From Vicugna vicugna (Eukaryota), in assembly GCA_013265495.1 (NCBI GenBank), contig MU057930.1, forward strand, positions 319,599 through 383,598: a stretch of DNA of 64,000 nt, given 5' to 3'. The translations under genes and the position numbers were made by a program. This document shows, one piece after another, positions 1 to 12,365 of the stretch. Position 1 is the stretch's first letter. Every line of letters begins with the position of its first letter. The notes beneath the pieces are model-generated. The model made no database searches, had not been told where the DNA came from, and saw only the letters and a list, made by a program, of their open reading frames with translations.

Positions 1-1678
1 TTGGACAACTTCAGAAATCCCCAGACCTGCCCGTGGCCTCCCCCTGCTGGAGGACGGGTGGTACCGACGGGCCCCTTGGCCGGGGGCAGCCTCAGTGTGC
101 ACCCGTCACTCCCCACCCTGCGTGTTCGTAGGGAAGCCAAGTTGACGAAAAGCAGCCTCGGTCTCCGGGCGACACGCCTCATCGTTGCAGAGGCGCTGCG
201 CTCACCTCACTTGCGCCCTAGGCCCGAGTCTGCAAGCGCGTGTGGGCCCGGGAGCCCGGGGCACAGAGGTCAGGACGGTGAGGCGTTCCAGGCACAAATG
301 TAAGGGGGCGGGGGGAGCCCCCGTGAGCAGAGTCATCAAGATAAGTGCTATTTTAGTGCAATGTTAAAAAAATAATAATAAGTTGGCAAACTACAGCCTG
401 CAGACCTGCTGATTGTTCATGTCAATAAAGTTTTATTGGAACCAGGGGCCGGGTTCAGGGTGCGGTGAGTGAGGCATCGTATCCAAACGCAAGCCTGCAT
501 CCTGCCTTTCTGTCACATCTCGGTATTGTGGTCCTTGTGGACTTTTCCCATCATTTATTTTGATTTTTTTTAATGCTGTATTAACACGTTGTTATGCATT
601 TTGACTTCTAAGTTTTATGGAGCCTGCTGGAATTTTGTGCCCACTCACTTCAGCCTATTCAAATTTACAAAGGAGGTGGAGTTTTTTGTTTTTTGTTTTT
701 TGTGTTTTTTAATGTGGATCATGCTCTCCCCGTTTATCTGAGCTGGAAGTCCTTTTATTGTTAAAGCCATGTCCTGTCTTGACGCTCTCCCCTGTCCTTT
801 GCGGGACTAAATATCCCATCTACTTTCTCAATTCTGCTTTAGCCGTAACTCCACCAGGTCTTCCCAGGACCGGATTTGGCTGCCCTTCCTTTAAAGTGCA
901 CGTGCTCGGAAAGTTAGGGGTGCAGACATGCTGGGACATCCCTGGGGCACCCATCCCAAGGGGGGAGCAGGATGGATCCAGGGTCTGCATGGTCTGGTGG
1001 GTTGCAGTATCTGTAAACAGCATGTAAGGACTCTGAGCATGTGGCCTGAAGTGTCCTCTAAGACGGGTCCGGGACGTCACCTCTTTCTTGAAGGATGATG
1101 GGCGTGTGCACTGACCAGCTGTGCGGGAACGCGGTGCAGTGCACATCCTGTGCAGCTGTACACAGCCCTGCCCTGGAAGGCGTGCACCTTGTAGAGACAG
1201 AGTGATGGGGACGGGGCCCCCAAGATGGCAACAGACGTGGACTCCTTCAAGGGGACTGGGCGAACGTTATATTTTGCCTTTATCTTCTCAAATAGTAACT
1301 CTCACTTGGGTGGTTATAAAGGCGAATGAGATCACGTCCCTGCAGAGGAGTTCCTTTAAATATCAGTTGTGACCAAAAAAGATAAAGTGACTCAATTCAT
1401 TTAAAATGTTCAAAACAATGTTCCCTTAACAAATGGAAAACAGTTTAAAAAAAAAAAAGAAAGATAATAGTGCATTAAGATCTATCCACAGAGTTTCTCC
1501 CCCAGCTACGACATCTGTTTTTTTTTTAACACCTTTATGGGGGTGCGGTCCCTGTACAGTAAACTACACGCATTTCAGATGTACGATTTGATGAATTTTG
1601 ATAGATCTAGACACCCACAAAAGCACCGCCACAATCAAGGTCCCGCTCTGACATCTTGCTTCCGATCTTCCCTTGCAG

Positions 1679-1695
1679 AACCAGAGACCGTCTGA
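1679..1695 (+). CDS. XG: Probable terminal coding exon of Xg blood-group glycoprotein ((E)PETV-stop); upstream exons lie outside the window
   Basis: Pyrimidine tract plus acceptor (cttcccttgcag|AA CCA GAG ACC GTC TGA). The peptide resembles the recalled human XG C-terminus (EPENV*). Position upstream of GYG2 on the same strand matches the conserved XG-GYG2-ARSD order. The exon is very short, so synteny carries much of the support. Confidence 0.7.
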
Positions 1696-3859
1696 GGTCT
1701 TCGAGACCCACGGGTCGCTTTGGGGACATCCCTGTGCAGACAAGAACCCCGATCGTCGCTCCCGTGGCAAGTTCCTTTCATTCTCGGTGTTACCCGCTGC
1801 CCTGAGAGTTTTCTGTCCTGTTTAAAACAGTTGTGCTGCCTAACAAAAAAAAAAAATCCCTGATTCCTTGGACATATTGATGATGAGACATCAGACCACC
1901 GGACCTTGGGTCGTGAAAAGGTTCCTTGCTCTGTTGGTTCCATCATGAATCTGGACAGAGAGGTGCTGAACTGGTCTGAGCACCCAGACAATCTCACGGT
2001 GAAACCACAGGCAAGGGTGGGACCCCCTTGTCATTTTCACAAAGCTTGATGTCAACAGAATGGCCGGGGGTCTGCTCCTAAAAGATGGAGCATTCTGCTG
2101 GGATTTCCAATGAGCTTGGGCAAGAAGCTTGGCCGGTGGTAAGTTCTTCAAGTTACGTCAGAACTTCGGGTGCATTCAGCACGGCCGGTGAGGCGGGAGC
2201 CAAAGATTTCTGACACTAACGGCAGAATGTGAATGTCTCTTGACGTTCTCACGTACTTGCACAGAAAAACTGTTATTTCCTGCACAAGATGAGGCTGGGG
2301 TTTTTTTTGGAATTTTAAGTGCAAAATCGCTGATGTGGAAACTGTCTTGGGAAGGCAGGCTTGGGGTACTTTTTCCTGCGAAATCATATAGTTTCAATGT
2401 ATTTTTTTTTTGGAGGCCACGGGGAGAGAGTGATGTGCAGGCATTGACCCTTTCCTATAAGTTTTGGTCTTTGCTCCTCTGTGGGTACCGGTTGTCAAGG
2501 CGAGGGTGGTTCGTTCCTTGGCGTACACTTTCCTTTTTACTCATTTCCTCAAACATCTAAAAAGTATACCAGCTTTTTGCTTCTGTTTAAGTCACACTTT
2601 CGGGGAGAGGATAAATGCATAGTTTGGGCAGATGAGTGTCATTTGATTCAACTCAGGTTAATACTAATAAAACTCTTAGACTTTCAATATCAGAACCAAA
2701 AAGGAAGACGTTCCTTGGGGTCTGGAAGCCTTAAAGAGGATGCACGGAAACCCCAGGGATTACACGCCTTGTGGGCTGCGAGCTAGGTCTCTGGAGAAAA
2801 GAGCTGGAAGCAGAACGTACTTGAAAGAGCGCCCCCCAAATCAGAAAGAACCTAAGAGTAATCATCTCAGCGAGACGTCTCGGAACGGCGTGCCGCCTCC
2901 CGTCCTGGATTCACGCAGATTGGAGCCGCTTGAGGAAGGCCGGCGGTTCCCTGCTTCGAAGCGGACCTGCTACTGCGGTTCCCAACCCTTGTCAAGCCTT
3001 CTCGTGCGTGAGGCTTCCGAACTCCACGTTTCCCGTGCGCGAGTTTCAGTGGGCGTGTAAGTTCACCCTTTGTTAAAAAGTGTGTGTGTCCGTGTGTGTA
3101 CGCACACCGCACACAGAGTCACACACACGTATGCCTACACGGGATTCCAACATTTTTAAAGGTAACTCCGTACATTGCCTGTAATGGTCACAGACAACTT
3201 TTCGTCATTTAAAATACACGTAGGGGGGAGAAATCGGCTTTGGTGGCTGTGTTCTGTTCTCTATATCTGGCACGTGAAGCTGGGACAGGACTGACAGGGT
3301 CTTTTAAAAACCACGGTGCTATGTCGCTTGGTGTGCACCCGAGAAATCTCTTTCTAAGCGCTGTTGTGTGTCCCTTGGGTGATGTTGCTAAGGTGGTCCA
3401 GGCCCGGTTCCAACGGACACAGATGGTGTTTGAGAGGCAGCAGGGCATCTGTCACCGGCCAAAGGAAGAAATGTTCTCTTCTGTGCCGTGCAGAACAGGA
3501 TGGGGTATGAACATACAAAGAAAATCTAGTTAGAAGAGGCAGGGTGGATGTGAGCCCGATGACCAGAGGTAAGAGCAGGTAGCGTTCGACCCACTTGAAA
3601 TATGAGTATGTGAATAATGACCCCTTCGGAAACCTGTCTCTAAGGTGTCGCCAGGACCGCCTGGGGGGCATGCTTCCCAAGCTGCAAAAACAGAAACCTC
3701 ATCATTAGCTGCAGTCTCCCCTGCTGTCGAAAGAGAGCATTGTGGATGGTGCTTGGCACTTGCCGCCTCTTCCTGGGAGCCTGGATGTGTCTGGTGGTCA
3801 GTGTGTGGATATCCTTATGTTCCTACAGACTCTTAAAAAGAACACCCTTAACTCACTGA

Positions 3860-4960
3860 CAGTGCTGGTGGGGATGTAAACTGGTTTAGCCACTATAGAA
3901 AACGGTGTGGCGTTGCCTTAAAAAATTGAAAATAGAGCTACCGTATGACCCAGCAATCCCACCCCTGGGCATGTATCTGGAGAAAACAATAATTCAAAAA
4001 GACACCTGCACCCCAGTGTTCACAGCAGCACTATTTACAGTAGCCAAGACATGGAAACAGCCTAAACGTTCATCCACAGATGACTGGATGAAGAAGCTGT
4101 GGTACATTTATGCAATGGAATACTACGCAGCCATGAAAAAGGAATAAAATCATGCCATTTGCAGCAGCATGGATGGACCTGGAGATGATTGTACTAAGTG
4201 AAGTAAGTCAGACAGAGAAAGACAAATGCCATATGATATTGCTTATATGTGGAATCTAAAAACTGACACCGATGAATCTGTATACAAAACACAAGCAGAT
4301 TCACAGACACAGAAAAGAAATGTATGGTTACCAGAGGGGAAAGGTAGTGCGGAGGGATAAATTGGGAGTTGGGATTTTCAGATATAAGCTACTATATTAC
4401 AAAATAGATTTTAAAAAGGGACCTACTGTGGAACACAGGGAACTATATTCAATGCCTTGTAATAACCTGTAACGGAAAAGAATCTGAAAAGGAATACCTA
4501 TGTGTATTCTTTCAGGGTAATGGTTAAAAGCCAGTAGTTCCTTCTGACAAGTTCAAGTGTGATCTCCCTTACATGTGGCACCTAAAACAGACAAACTCAT
4601 AAAAACACAGAGGAGCTTGGTGGTGGTTACCAGGGGCTGGTGTGGAGCGGGAAATGGGGAGATACCGGTCAAAGGGTACAAACTTCCGGCTGTAGGACGG
4701 ACAAGTTCTGAGAGATCTAATTACAGCATGGTGATGGCCGTTAGCCACGCTGGACTGCAAGCGTGGGACTTGCTAAGAGAGGAGGTTTTCCATATGCTCC
4801 CTGCGGAAACAAACGGTAAATTATGGGACGGGATGGAGGTGTTGGCTAACAATCTGATGGTAACATGTTGCAGTGTATATACGTATCAGATCACCACAGT
4901 GTACGCCTTAAACTTACACAATGTTGCATGCCCATAATATCTCAATAAAGCTGCGAAAAA
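3860..4960 (+). mobile_element. LINE-1 3' fragments (ORF2 end plus 3'UTR, followed by an older L1 3' end)
   Basis: ORF 3905-4147 resembles the L1 ORF2 C-terminus (ELPYDPAIP...WYIYAMEYYAAMKK); typical L1 3'UTR ending ctcaataaagctg. Confidence 0.9.
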
Positions 4961-5664
4961 TAGCTCTTTTTGGTTTTGTTTTTGTTTTGTTTTTTTGCTG
5001 CAGACATTTTTTTCCCTTGGATTCTGTACATGCATAGATGATCTTTTCATTGCCTCCTGGCAAGATTTCCTTCTCCCGTTCTGTGGCAAACTCACTATAA
5101 ATTTCATACTCTGTGAGAATTCATTTTGTATCCATGTGTGTGTATATATATATATATATATATTCGGGGGAGAAATGTTCCCTTAATGACCATATGTTTG
5201 TGCTGACGTCATAGAATCTTATTTTCACATTGTGTTTGCCTCTGGCTGTGCTGAAACTTGTTCATTTCAGAGACTTCATAGGATCTGCGTGGGCATCTGG
5301 TTTTTTTTTTTTTTTTAAACCTTCTTTCAGATAATGTAGTGTCGATGTGGTGGCTTTTTCTGGCAGAGATCTTGAAGACTTGGCATGTAAATCAGTTTCT
5401 TCAGAACCCCTTATGATTCATGATTAAGATGGTCTCCGACATCGCAAGCATTTCATAGTTAAGGATCCAGCGAGCATCGTGGCATAATCTCTGCCTTCAG
5501 CAAAGGTTTTCTAACATCTTCTCTGCTTGTTGAATTCACTCACTCTTTCTTTGCCCCCTTTGGCTTCTTATAAAAGTTTTTTGTTAATGCACTACTCCCC
5601 CTCCAAACACAGGAATTTTCATCCAAACCCTCTGTGTTTTTTATTCCTGTGTTATGTGAGACGA

Positions 5665-6160
5665 TTATTATTATTTTTTTTTTTTAAATTGAAGTGCAGT
5701 CAGTTACAACGTGTCCATCTCCGGTGCACAGCACACTGTCCCAGTCATGCACATACATGCATACATTCATTTTCATATTCTTTTTCATTAAAGGTTATTA
5801 CAAGATATTGAACATAGTTCCCTGTGCACTACAGAAGAAATGTTTTTTCAAAATACATTTTTATATATCATGACTAACATTTGTAAATGTCAAACTCCCA
5901 AATGTATCCGTTCCCACCCAGATTCATCCCTTCTCACACCCCTTCCCCAGTAGCCATAGACTTGTTGACTATGTCTGCCAGTCTGTTTCTGTTTTGTAGA
6001 TGAGTCCATAGTGTCCTTTTTGTATTTTTTTTATTCCACATATGAGTGATCTCATATGGTATTTTTCTTTCTCTTTCTGGCTTACTTCACTTAGAATAAT
6101 GATCTCCAGTTCCATCCACGGTGCTGCAAATGGCATTGTTTTATTATTAATATTTTTTTT
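5665..6160 (-). mobile_element. LINE-1 3'UTR fragment
   Basis: Poly-T start followed by ttgaagt..cagttacaa and gcttacttcacttagaat motifs, shared with other copies in the window. Confidence 0.88.
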
Positions 6161-6319
6161 TATGAGAACTCCTTTCTATAGTAAACGATGTATTTCTTGA
6201 ATCTCCATGTTTGGGAAACACAGCCCTGATGGCAATCACGCCTCCAACCCTGGCAGCGTGCACCTCGCCCCAAACGCACGTCAAGCTTTGAAAATTTCGT
6301 GAATCTCGTCAAATGACTT

Positions 6320-6432
6320 TTAAAAGAAAATATGTATTGATTCCTCTATTTTTTTTAACGGAGATACTGGGGATGGAGCCAGGAGCTCGTGCATGCTAAA
6401 CGCAGGCTCTGCCGCTGAGCTGTACCCGCCCT
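6320..6432 (-). mobile_element. tRNA-derived SINE (camelid Vic-1-like)
   Basis: Reverse complement of the tRNA-like head (cagctcagcggcagag...ttagcatgcacgag..cctgg) seen in the other copies. Confidence 0.75.
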
Positions 6433-7029
6433 CCTCTTCAAATGGCTCTCTGAGCACTTTGCAGGTTTTATTCCCAGCGGGTGGCGTTGGCGGCCACTTT
6501 GGGTCCTCCAGACACTTGTGGTGAGGAATTCCGTGCAGGGACGGTCCTGAGCCCCGGTCTCGCTGTTCCCTGGGCACGGCCATGAAAGATCCATGTCCTC
6601 GGTGTCTTGTGTCTAAGCCCGCGACACTCCGATGACACATCTGCTCCGAGAGCTCGCGGCCTCGTTGGTTCCAAACACGGCGTGGACAGTGACCCTGCAG
6701 ATGGTAAGTGAGAGACTCTGCGGCTCTGGGAGGATTGGGGTCAAGGCGGTAGTTGCTTTTGGTGTCCATCAAATGCTGTCGTCTTGGCGCAACTAAGAGC
6801 GTTGTGTTTGACGTGTTGCCCTCCCGAAAGCCTCCAGGTCTTTGTTCTGTGCAGAAGGGGTGTCGTGTGGTGCATGGATTTGTATCTCGTGCAATAACTT
6901 TTTAGTGCAAAGGAGACCTTGGGAGCACGGAGGAAAACATTACTAGGATACAGAATTCCATGTGTTGTGTTTCTAAGGACTTTTGTGAACACGGGAAAAA
7001 ACACACATATCTAGATTCTAAATTCTTTT

Positions 7030-7163
7030 CCTATTTTTTCCCTTTTTTTTCGGGGGAGGTAATGAATTAGGCTTACTTATTAATTTTTCTAATGGAGGTA
7101 GTGAGAAATGAGGACCTCGTGCATGCTAAGAATGCGCTCTGCCACTGAGCTATCTGTTCCCCC
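7030..7163 (-). mobile_element. tRNA-derived SINE (Vic-1-like)
   Basis: ggacctcgtgcatgctaag...ctctgccactgagctat plus the ggggaggtaat tail. Confidence 0.75.
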
Positions 7164-7714
7164 AGACTCTGTGGAAACAGAAATGTCTTTTCCTTAAGGG
7201 GAGTTAAGCTTCAGAACTTTCATTTTTTGGGGTACATTATTCTTAGGTCTGTAGTCTTAGAAATCTTTTAGAACAAACTGCACAACAATTTCACTAATTC
7301 AGTGAACAATAGAGGGCGTATTGGAAATTAGTTTTCTCCAAGTTGACACGGAAGTTCTGAAAACTGTGCAAAGCAGACACAGAGCTCCGATTCACACGTT
7401 CCCCAAGGATGTTTTGGAATTAGACTTTCTGACACCACCTAGGCCCGTAATCACGTCATATTAATTAACTTAGTTAAATCATGTTCCATTTCATTTTTAG
7501 AAATAAACATTTTCAGCGTGACACATGGAGAATGACTGATTACATCATCAGGCCATTGATAACTCTATCAAGGAGGCGTGATGTCGAAAGTTCACAAAAT
7601 AAATGATGTTCTGATTAGAAACACCGAGTGAGCGTGGGAGCAACCGTAATGACAGACGCAGAAGTACACATACACATTCTATTTTAATAGGAAGACATGG
7701 AAAAAAATCTTAAA

Positions 7715-7932
7715 AAATTTATTTTTATTTATTTATTTTGGAGGGGAGGTAATTAGGTCTATTTATTTATTTTCATGGAGGGACTGGGGATGGAACCCAG
7801 GACCTCATGTGCGCTAAGCACACGGTCTACCCCTGAGCCCCGTGCACATCCCGTTCCGACGGGATTATGCGTCCAGAAAAGGTCGCCATCTTTTAAGTGG
7901 TTTAGGTCTACCCCTGAGCTCGACCCTCCGCC
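7715..7932 (-). mobile_element. tRNA-derived SINE (Vic-1-like) interrupted by a 66-bp insertion
   Basis: ggggaggtaattagg...ctggggatggaacccaggacctcatgtgcgctaagcac...ctacccctgagct; see findings. Confidence 0.8.
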
Positions 7933-9214
7933 AAGTCAAACTTTAAAGATAAATTCAATATTGTACACATGTACTCACACAAATGGGTGTCCCTGATAAG
8001 AAATTGTTGGTAAAGGTAGAACTTAATTCCAAGGATGACTGGAAAAGTGTAGTGTCCTGTAGCTACTGGGATCTCTCCAAAGTCAAAACTATAACTACAG
8101 AATCCAGGAGATTTACAAAAGGAATGTCCCTCACAGTATGCAGTTGTGTTTTGAGCCGTTGCCGATTTGTGAAATGGCTTTAAAATTAGCTTTGTATTTT
8201 TTTTTAATCATAGCAAAAAATCTGTAACCATCAGCATCTTGCAAATTGCTACAGCCCCGTGCACATCCCGTTCGGACGGGATTATGCGTCCAGAAAAGGT
8301 CGCCATCTTTTAAGTGGTTTGTCACATAAAGGTTAGTCTTGGTGGGATTATCCGTGCCTTTTCTTTTTTTTTTTTAGCAACACAGGGTCCTCTGACACAA
8401 CTTCTGTCTGAGCCATGGAGGAGCCCAGGTTTGTTGGCGAGAGGCCGGCGAGATTTCCTGGGAAACACAGAGAAGATACTGGGAGGGGAAAAGTGAGGAA
8501 GAGGATCAAGGCACCCAGGGTCCAGTCCCGTCTGGCCAACACCTACTTGCAGGTCAGACTCCTAAGCAATGGCATCAGCCTGTCTGATTTCACCCCCAGC
8601 GCGGTTCTAGCTCCTGGTGTTGAAGCCCTGGGGTGATGTGGGTTGGCCCCCGCCCTGACTCCCATCTTCCTAAGCAAGGCACGTGCCCTGAGGTTCCAAA
8701 TATAAATGCAACGCACTCCCCAGGAGGCAGCCAGCTCCCAGCACATCTGTGCTTCGCAGCTGTCTCCCTCCGCATCCGGGCCCCCCCACGCCTTCTCAGA
8801 CACGTGCGTGCCCCAAACAGCTGCTCGTCTATGAATAGCTGGGGATCTGGTGTACCATCCGGGGAAGGACAGGCCGTGTCCCACGTGCCCCTCAACTGAA
8901 AATGAAACCAGCCCTTGGACCTGACAAACACGGGACATCTTGCCCCTGGGGTTGGGGGCCCAGCCAAACCGGGGCTGGCGGAGGGAGGGCTGGGCGTAAA
9001 ACGCAACGCCGTCACCTTTGGCTGTAGACCAAAGAGGAGCTGGGGAAGTGGGACCAGTCCAATCCCAGCCCCGTCTCCCACCGCGGGCACTCCCTCCTTC
9101 GCCCACCTCCTCTGCTGCGTGGCTGTGTCCGGAACTCCTGGAACAGTGGCCAGCATGCAGCAGGTGCTTAATAACTGTGTATGCCATCAGCACGTGCAGG
9201 ACTGAAAGAGTGAC

Positions 9215-9520
9215 TCCCTGTGAGGCAGCTCAAGCTGCCATCCTGGAACACCACCAACTAAGGGGGAATTTAGCAACAGAAACACTTGTTTCTCACGGTG
9301 CTGGGGGCTGGGAGTCCGAGCTCCCGGCGTGGGCAGGTTAGTTCCCGGTGGGGCTCCCTTCCTGGTTTGTAGGCAGCTGCATATTCGCTGTGTCCTCACC
9401 TGGTGCAGAGAGAGAAAGAGTCAGCTCTGGTGTCTCCTCCTCTTCTTCTAAGGGCACTAAAGCCACCCCGGGGGGCCCACCCTCCTGGCCTCACCTCACC
9501 CTGAGCACCTCCCAAAGCTT
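9215..9520. mobile_element. MaLR (MLT1-like) LTR fragment
   Basis: caacagaaacacttgtttctcacggtgctgggggctgggagtcc...tgtgtcctcac...tcttcttctaagggcac motifs. Confidence 0.7.
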
Positions 9521-9529
9521 CCACTGGGG

Positions 9530-9920
9530 GGGAAGTAATACTGCTTTTCTCCTCTCTCCAAATTTTTGTTTGGGAAAATACACTTGTTTTTCTGTAAAAA
9601 TATGTCATGTATATCAAATGGAATGGGTTTATATGGTTACCGTTATTTTAAAATTTTTAAATGAATAAATGTAGCTGAAATTTACAGTGTTGATTTCTAG
9701 TAGAGAAAATATGGATATTTATAAATAAATACCTAACGTTTTCAGTTTTAATTGCTAACAGAGAAAATAAGGAATATTTATAAATGAATACCTAAAACTT
9801 TCAGTTTTAACTGCTGATACAGAAAATATGGGTATTTATAACCTACATAAACCAAAGCTCGTTCTTCATTAATTTTTCTGAGTGCCAAGGATTCTTAGGA
9901 CCAGACTGAGAATTTCTGAT
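9530..9920. mobile_element. hAT-Charlie-like DNA transposon fragment with an internal ~58-bp tandem triplication
   Basis: AT-rich; 3' part (cataaaccaaagctc...taatttttctgagtg...ggacc...tgagaatttctg) resembles the element at 27368-28111. Confidence 0.55.
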
Positions 9921-11849
9921 GGACGAGATAAATTTGGATGCTTTTATGCTGAAGTAACAGAAAGCCCACATGAACATGGCTAAAACTGTAAAGATAATGT
10001 CTCGTAAGAGGACCTACTGAGGCTGGAGGCATCTGGATTGGGGGTCATTTGAGGGTTTAATGATGTTGTCTCGCGGCCAGTTTCCTTGTGTCTTGTGACC
10101 CTGCCCTTGGCAGGACATTAATCAATGTCACTCGTGGCAGAAGATGGCTGCTGTAGCTCCAGCCATTGCAGCCTCACCTTCTAATATCTGGAGGCCCAAT
10201 TAAGACCAATTCCTCCCTGCTTTCCTCTTTTAAGACTGAAGACCTCCTTCCAGAAGCCACCAGCTGACCCCTCATTCCTCACTAACACTCAATCCCTCAC
10301 TAAAATTGGGATGCATAAATCCTGGAGGAATAGCTCAGCTCTGTTAACAGGAAGTGAGAGAAAAACTGTGGGAGAGTGATAACCAGTCATATGGGCTGTC
10401 AATGCTTTGCTTATTTCTGCATCCAGTTGTTTGCACTTGTAGTTCTTTACATCTTACTAGGTTTAATCTGTAAATATAAAATATGGATACATAATTGCAA
10501 TTGTGATGAACACATATGTGTATGTATGTATTTACACTGCAAACTTTTTTTTCCCTATTCTTTTATTTATCTTTCCAGGTAATTCATAGGGCCTTTGTCA
10601 CAAAAACTTGTCAAGCAACTCCACCTGGTTGGCGTCTTTTTGTAGCTTCGGGGCTTGAAATATTTCCCCCTAAAGGTTTCTGTAAGTTTCCAGCAGTATC
10701 TTGTCTGGTGTATAAATGAAAGACTGCTTTTCTCCGAGTGGCTCCCTGGGAGCATGCAGGCTCACTTTTGCAATTGGCAAAAAACGCCTTTTCTCAGGCC
10801 CCGGGAGGAGAGCTGGCCTTCTGCGGGATGCCCCCACGGGCTTCCTGGAGACCGACACACACAGGAACCCAGCAATGCCCATGGCAGGATGCCGGCTCTG
10901 GGTTTCGAAACGGACCTACGCTTTGCCCAGGGATCGGGGAGGATTGCCTGGGACTTAACTGCCTTGTGACCTGCTTTCCAAGCTCAAATGCAGAGCAGGA
11001 AGGGGTGAGCGGGAGGGGCAGGGGATGGCGTAGCACCTATGGAAGTTGGTGCCAGGAGACTGAGGTGCCCTGCCTGGGCGTCCTCAACCTCCTCTTTCAA
11101 CATCTCTGCAGTTTCCCCCAGCTCCTCTCTCTGGCTGCCACCTGCTCCCCGCCCTCTGTAGCCTGAGTCCAGCTGGCACTTCCCATCCACGCCCAAGTGT
11201 CAGCAATCAGAGGCATGCCTGTGAAGCTTGAGGGTGTATCGTGGGGGTTGGTGGGGAGCTGGGGTATGGCCCCCATATTCGGTTTTCTGATTCCGGGGGG
11301 TCTAAAGAGACCTGAGGATGTGCGTTTCTCAGAACTTCCCAGGAGATGCTGATGCCACGGGTCCAGGGCCAACCCAGGGCTCACTAGGGAAGCAGAATAC
11401 GGGGAGTGGGGTGGTGATGGGGGCTCGGAGCCAAACACAGCTCGAGGGGACGGGCTTGGCTGGGTGGGAGGGAGGAGATACGTGCTTCTTCCAACCCTAT
11501 CAAATACCTGGTCCTATTTACCAGTCTCCTGAGAGAAGATTGAAGGAATCTGCCTTCTCAATTTCTGGGTTTCAACGTGATGTCGAAGGTGCTCATTTTC
11601 TGCCCAATCCCAGCAAGGATGTTCCATTAACACCAAACCCCCAACCAAACCTGGAACGGAGCTGCTGAACGGTCCCATCCCCTCGGGGCCAAAGAAAGCC
11701 CCTCCATCCTCAGCTGGTGTCTCTGCTTCGGGTGTCTTAAATGGCTCTGGGCCCGTCTGTGTCAGGACACTAAAAAGGTCTCTGGTATCGGTTCCCTGCT
11801 AAGGCTGACGGCTTCGGACAAGGCTATCTCTTTGTTTTGTTTTATTTAA

Positions 11850-12365
11850 AAAATTTTTTTAAACTGAAGTAGAGTCAGTTTATAATGTATCAGTTTCTGG
11901 TGTGCATCATAACGTTTCAGTCATACATGTACATACGTATATTCCTTTTCGTATTTGTTCTCCTTAAAGGTTATTACATGGTATTGAATATACTTTCCTG
12001 TGCTCTACAGTAGGACCTTGTTATTTATCTGTGTAGTATATAGTCGTGCATATCTGTTCATCCCCAAGTCCCAATTTATCCTTTTCCCTACCCATCACTT
12101 TCCCCTTTGGTAACTGTAAGTTTGCTTTCTATGTCTGTGAGTCTGTTTCTGTTTTGTAACTTTTTTTTTTTAAAGATTCCACATATAAGTGATATCTCAT
12201 GGTATTTTTCTTTCTCTTTCTGGCTTATTTCACTTAAAATGACGATCCGCAGGTCCATCCATGTTGCTGCAAATGGCATTATTTCACCCTTTTTATGGCT
12301 GAGTAGTATTCCATTGTATATATATACCACATTTTCATCCAGTCATCTGTCACTGGACACTTAGG
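11850..12365 (-). mobile_element. LINE-1 3'UTR fragment
   Basis: Same L1 3' motifs (ccatgttgctgcaaatggcattatttc, ggctgagtagtattccattg). Confidence 0.88.

Noticed and set aside
8543..9399. Overlapping ORFs up to 216 aa upstream of GYG2
   Set aside because: No recognisable domain or exon structure; GC-rich intergenic sequence partly overlapping an LTR fragment.
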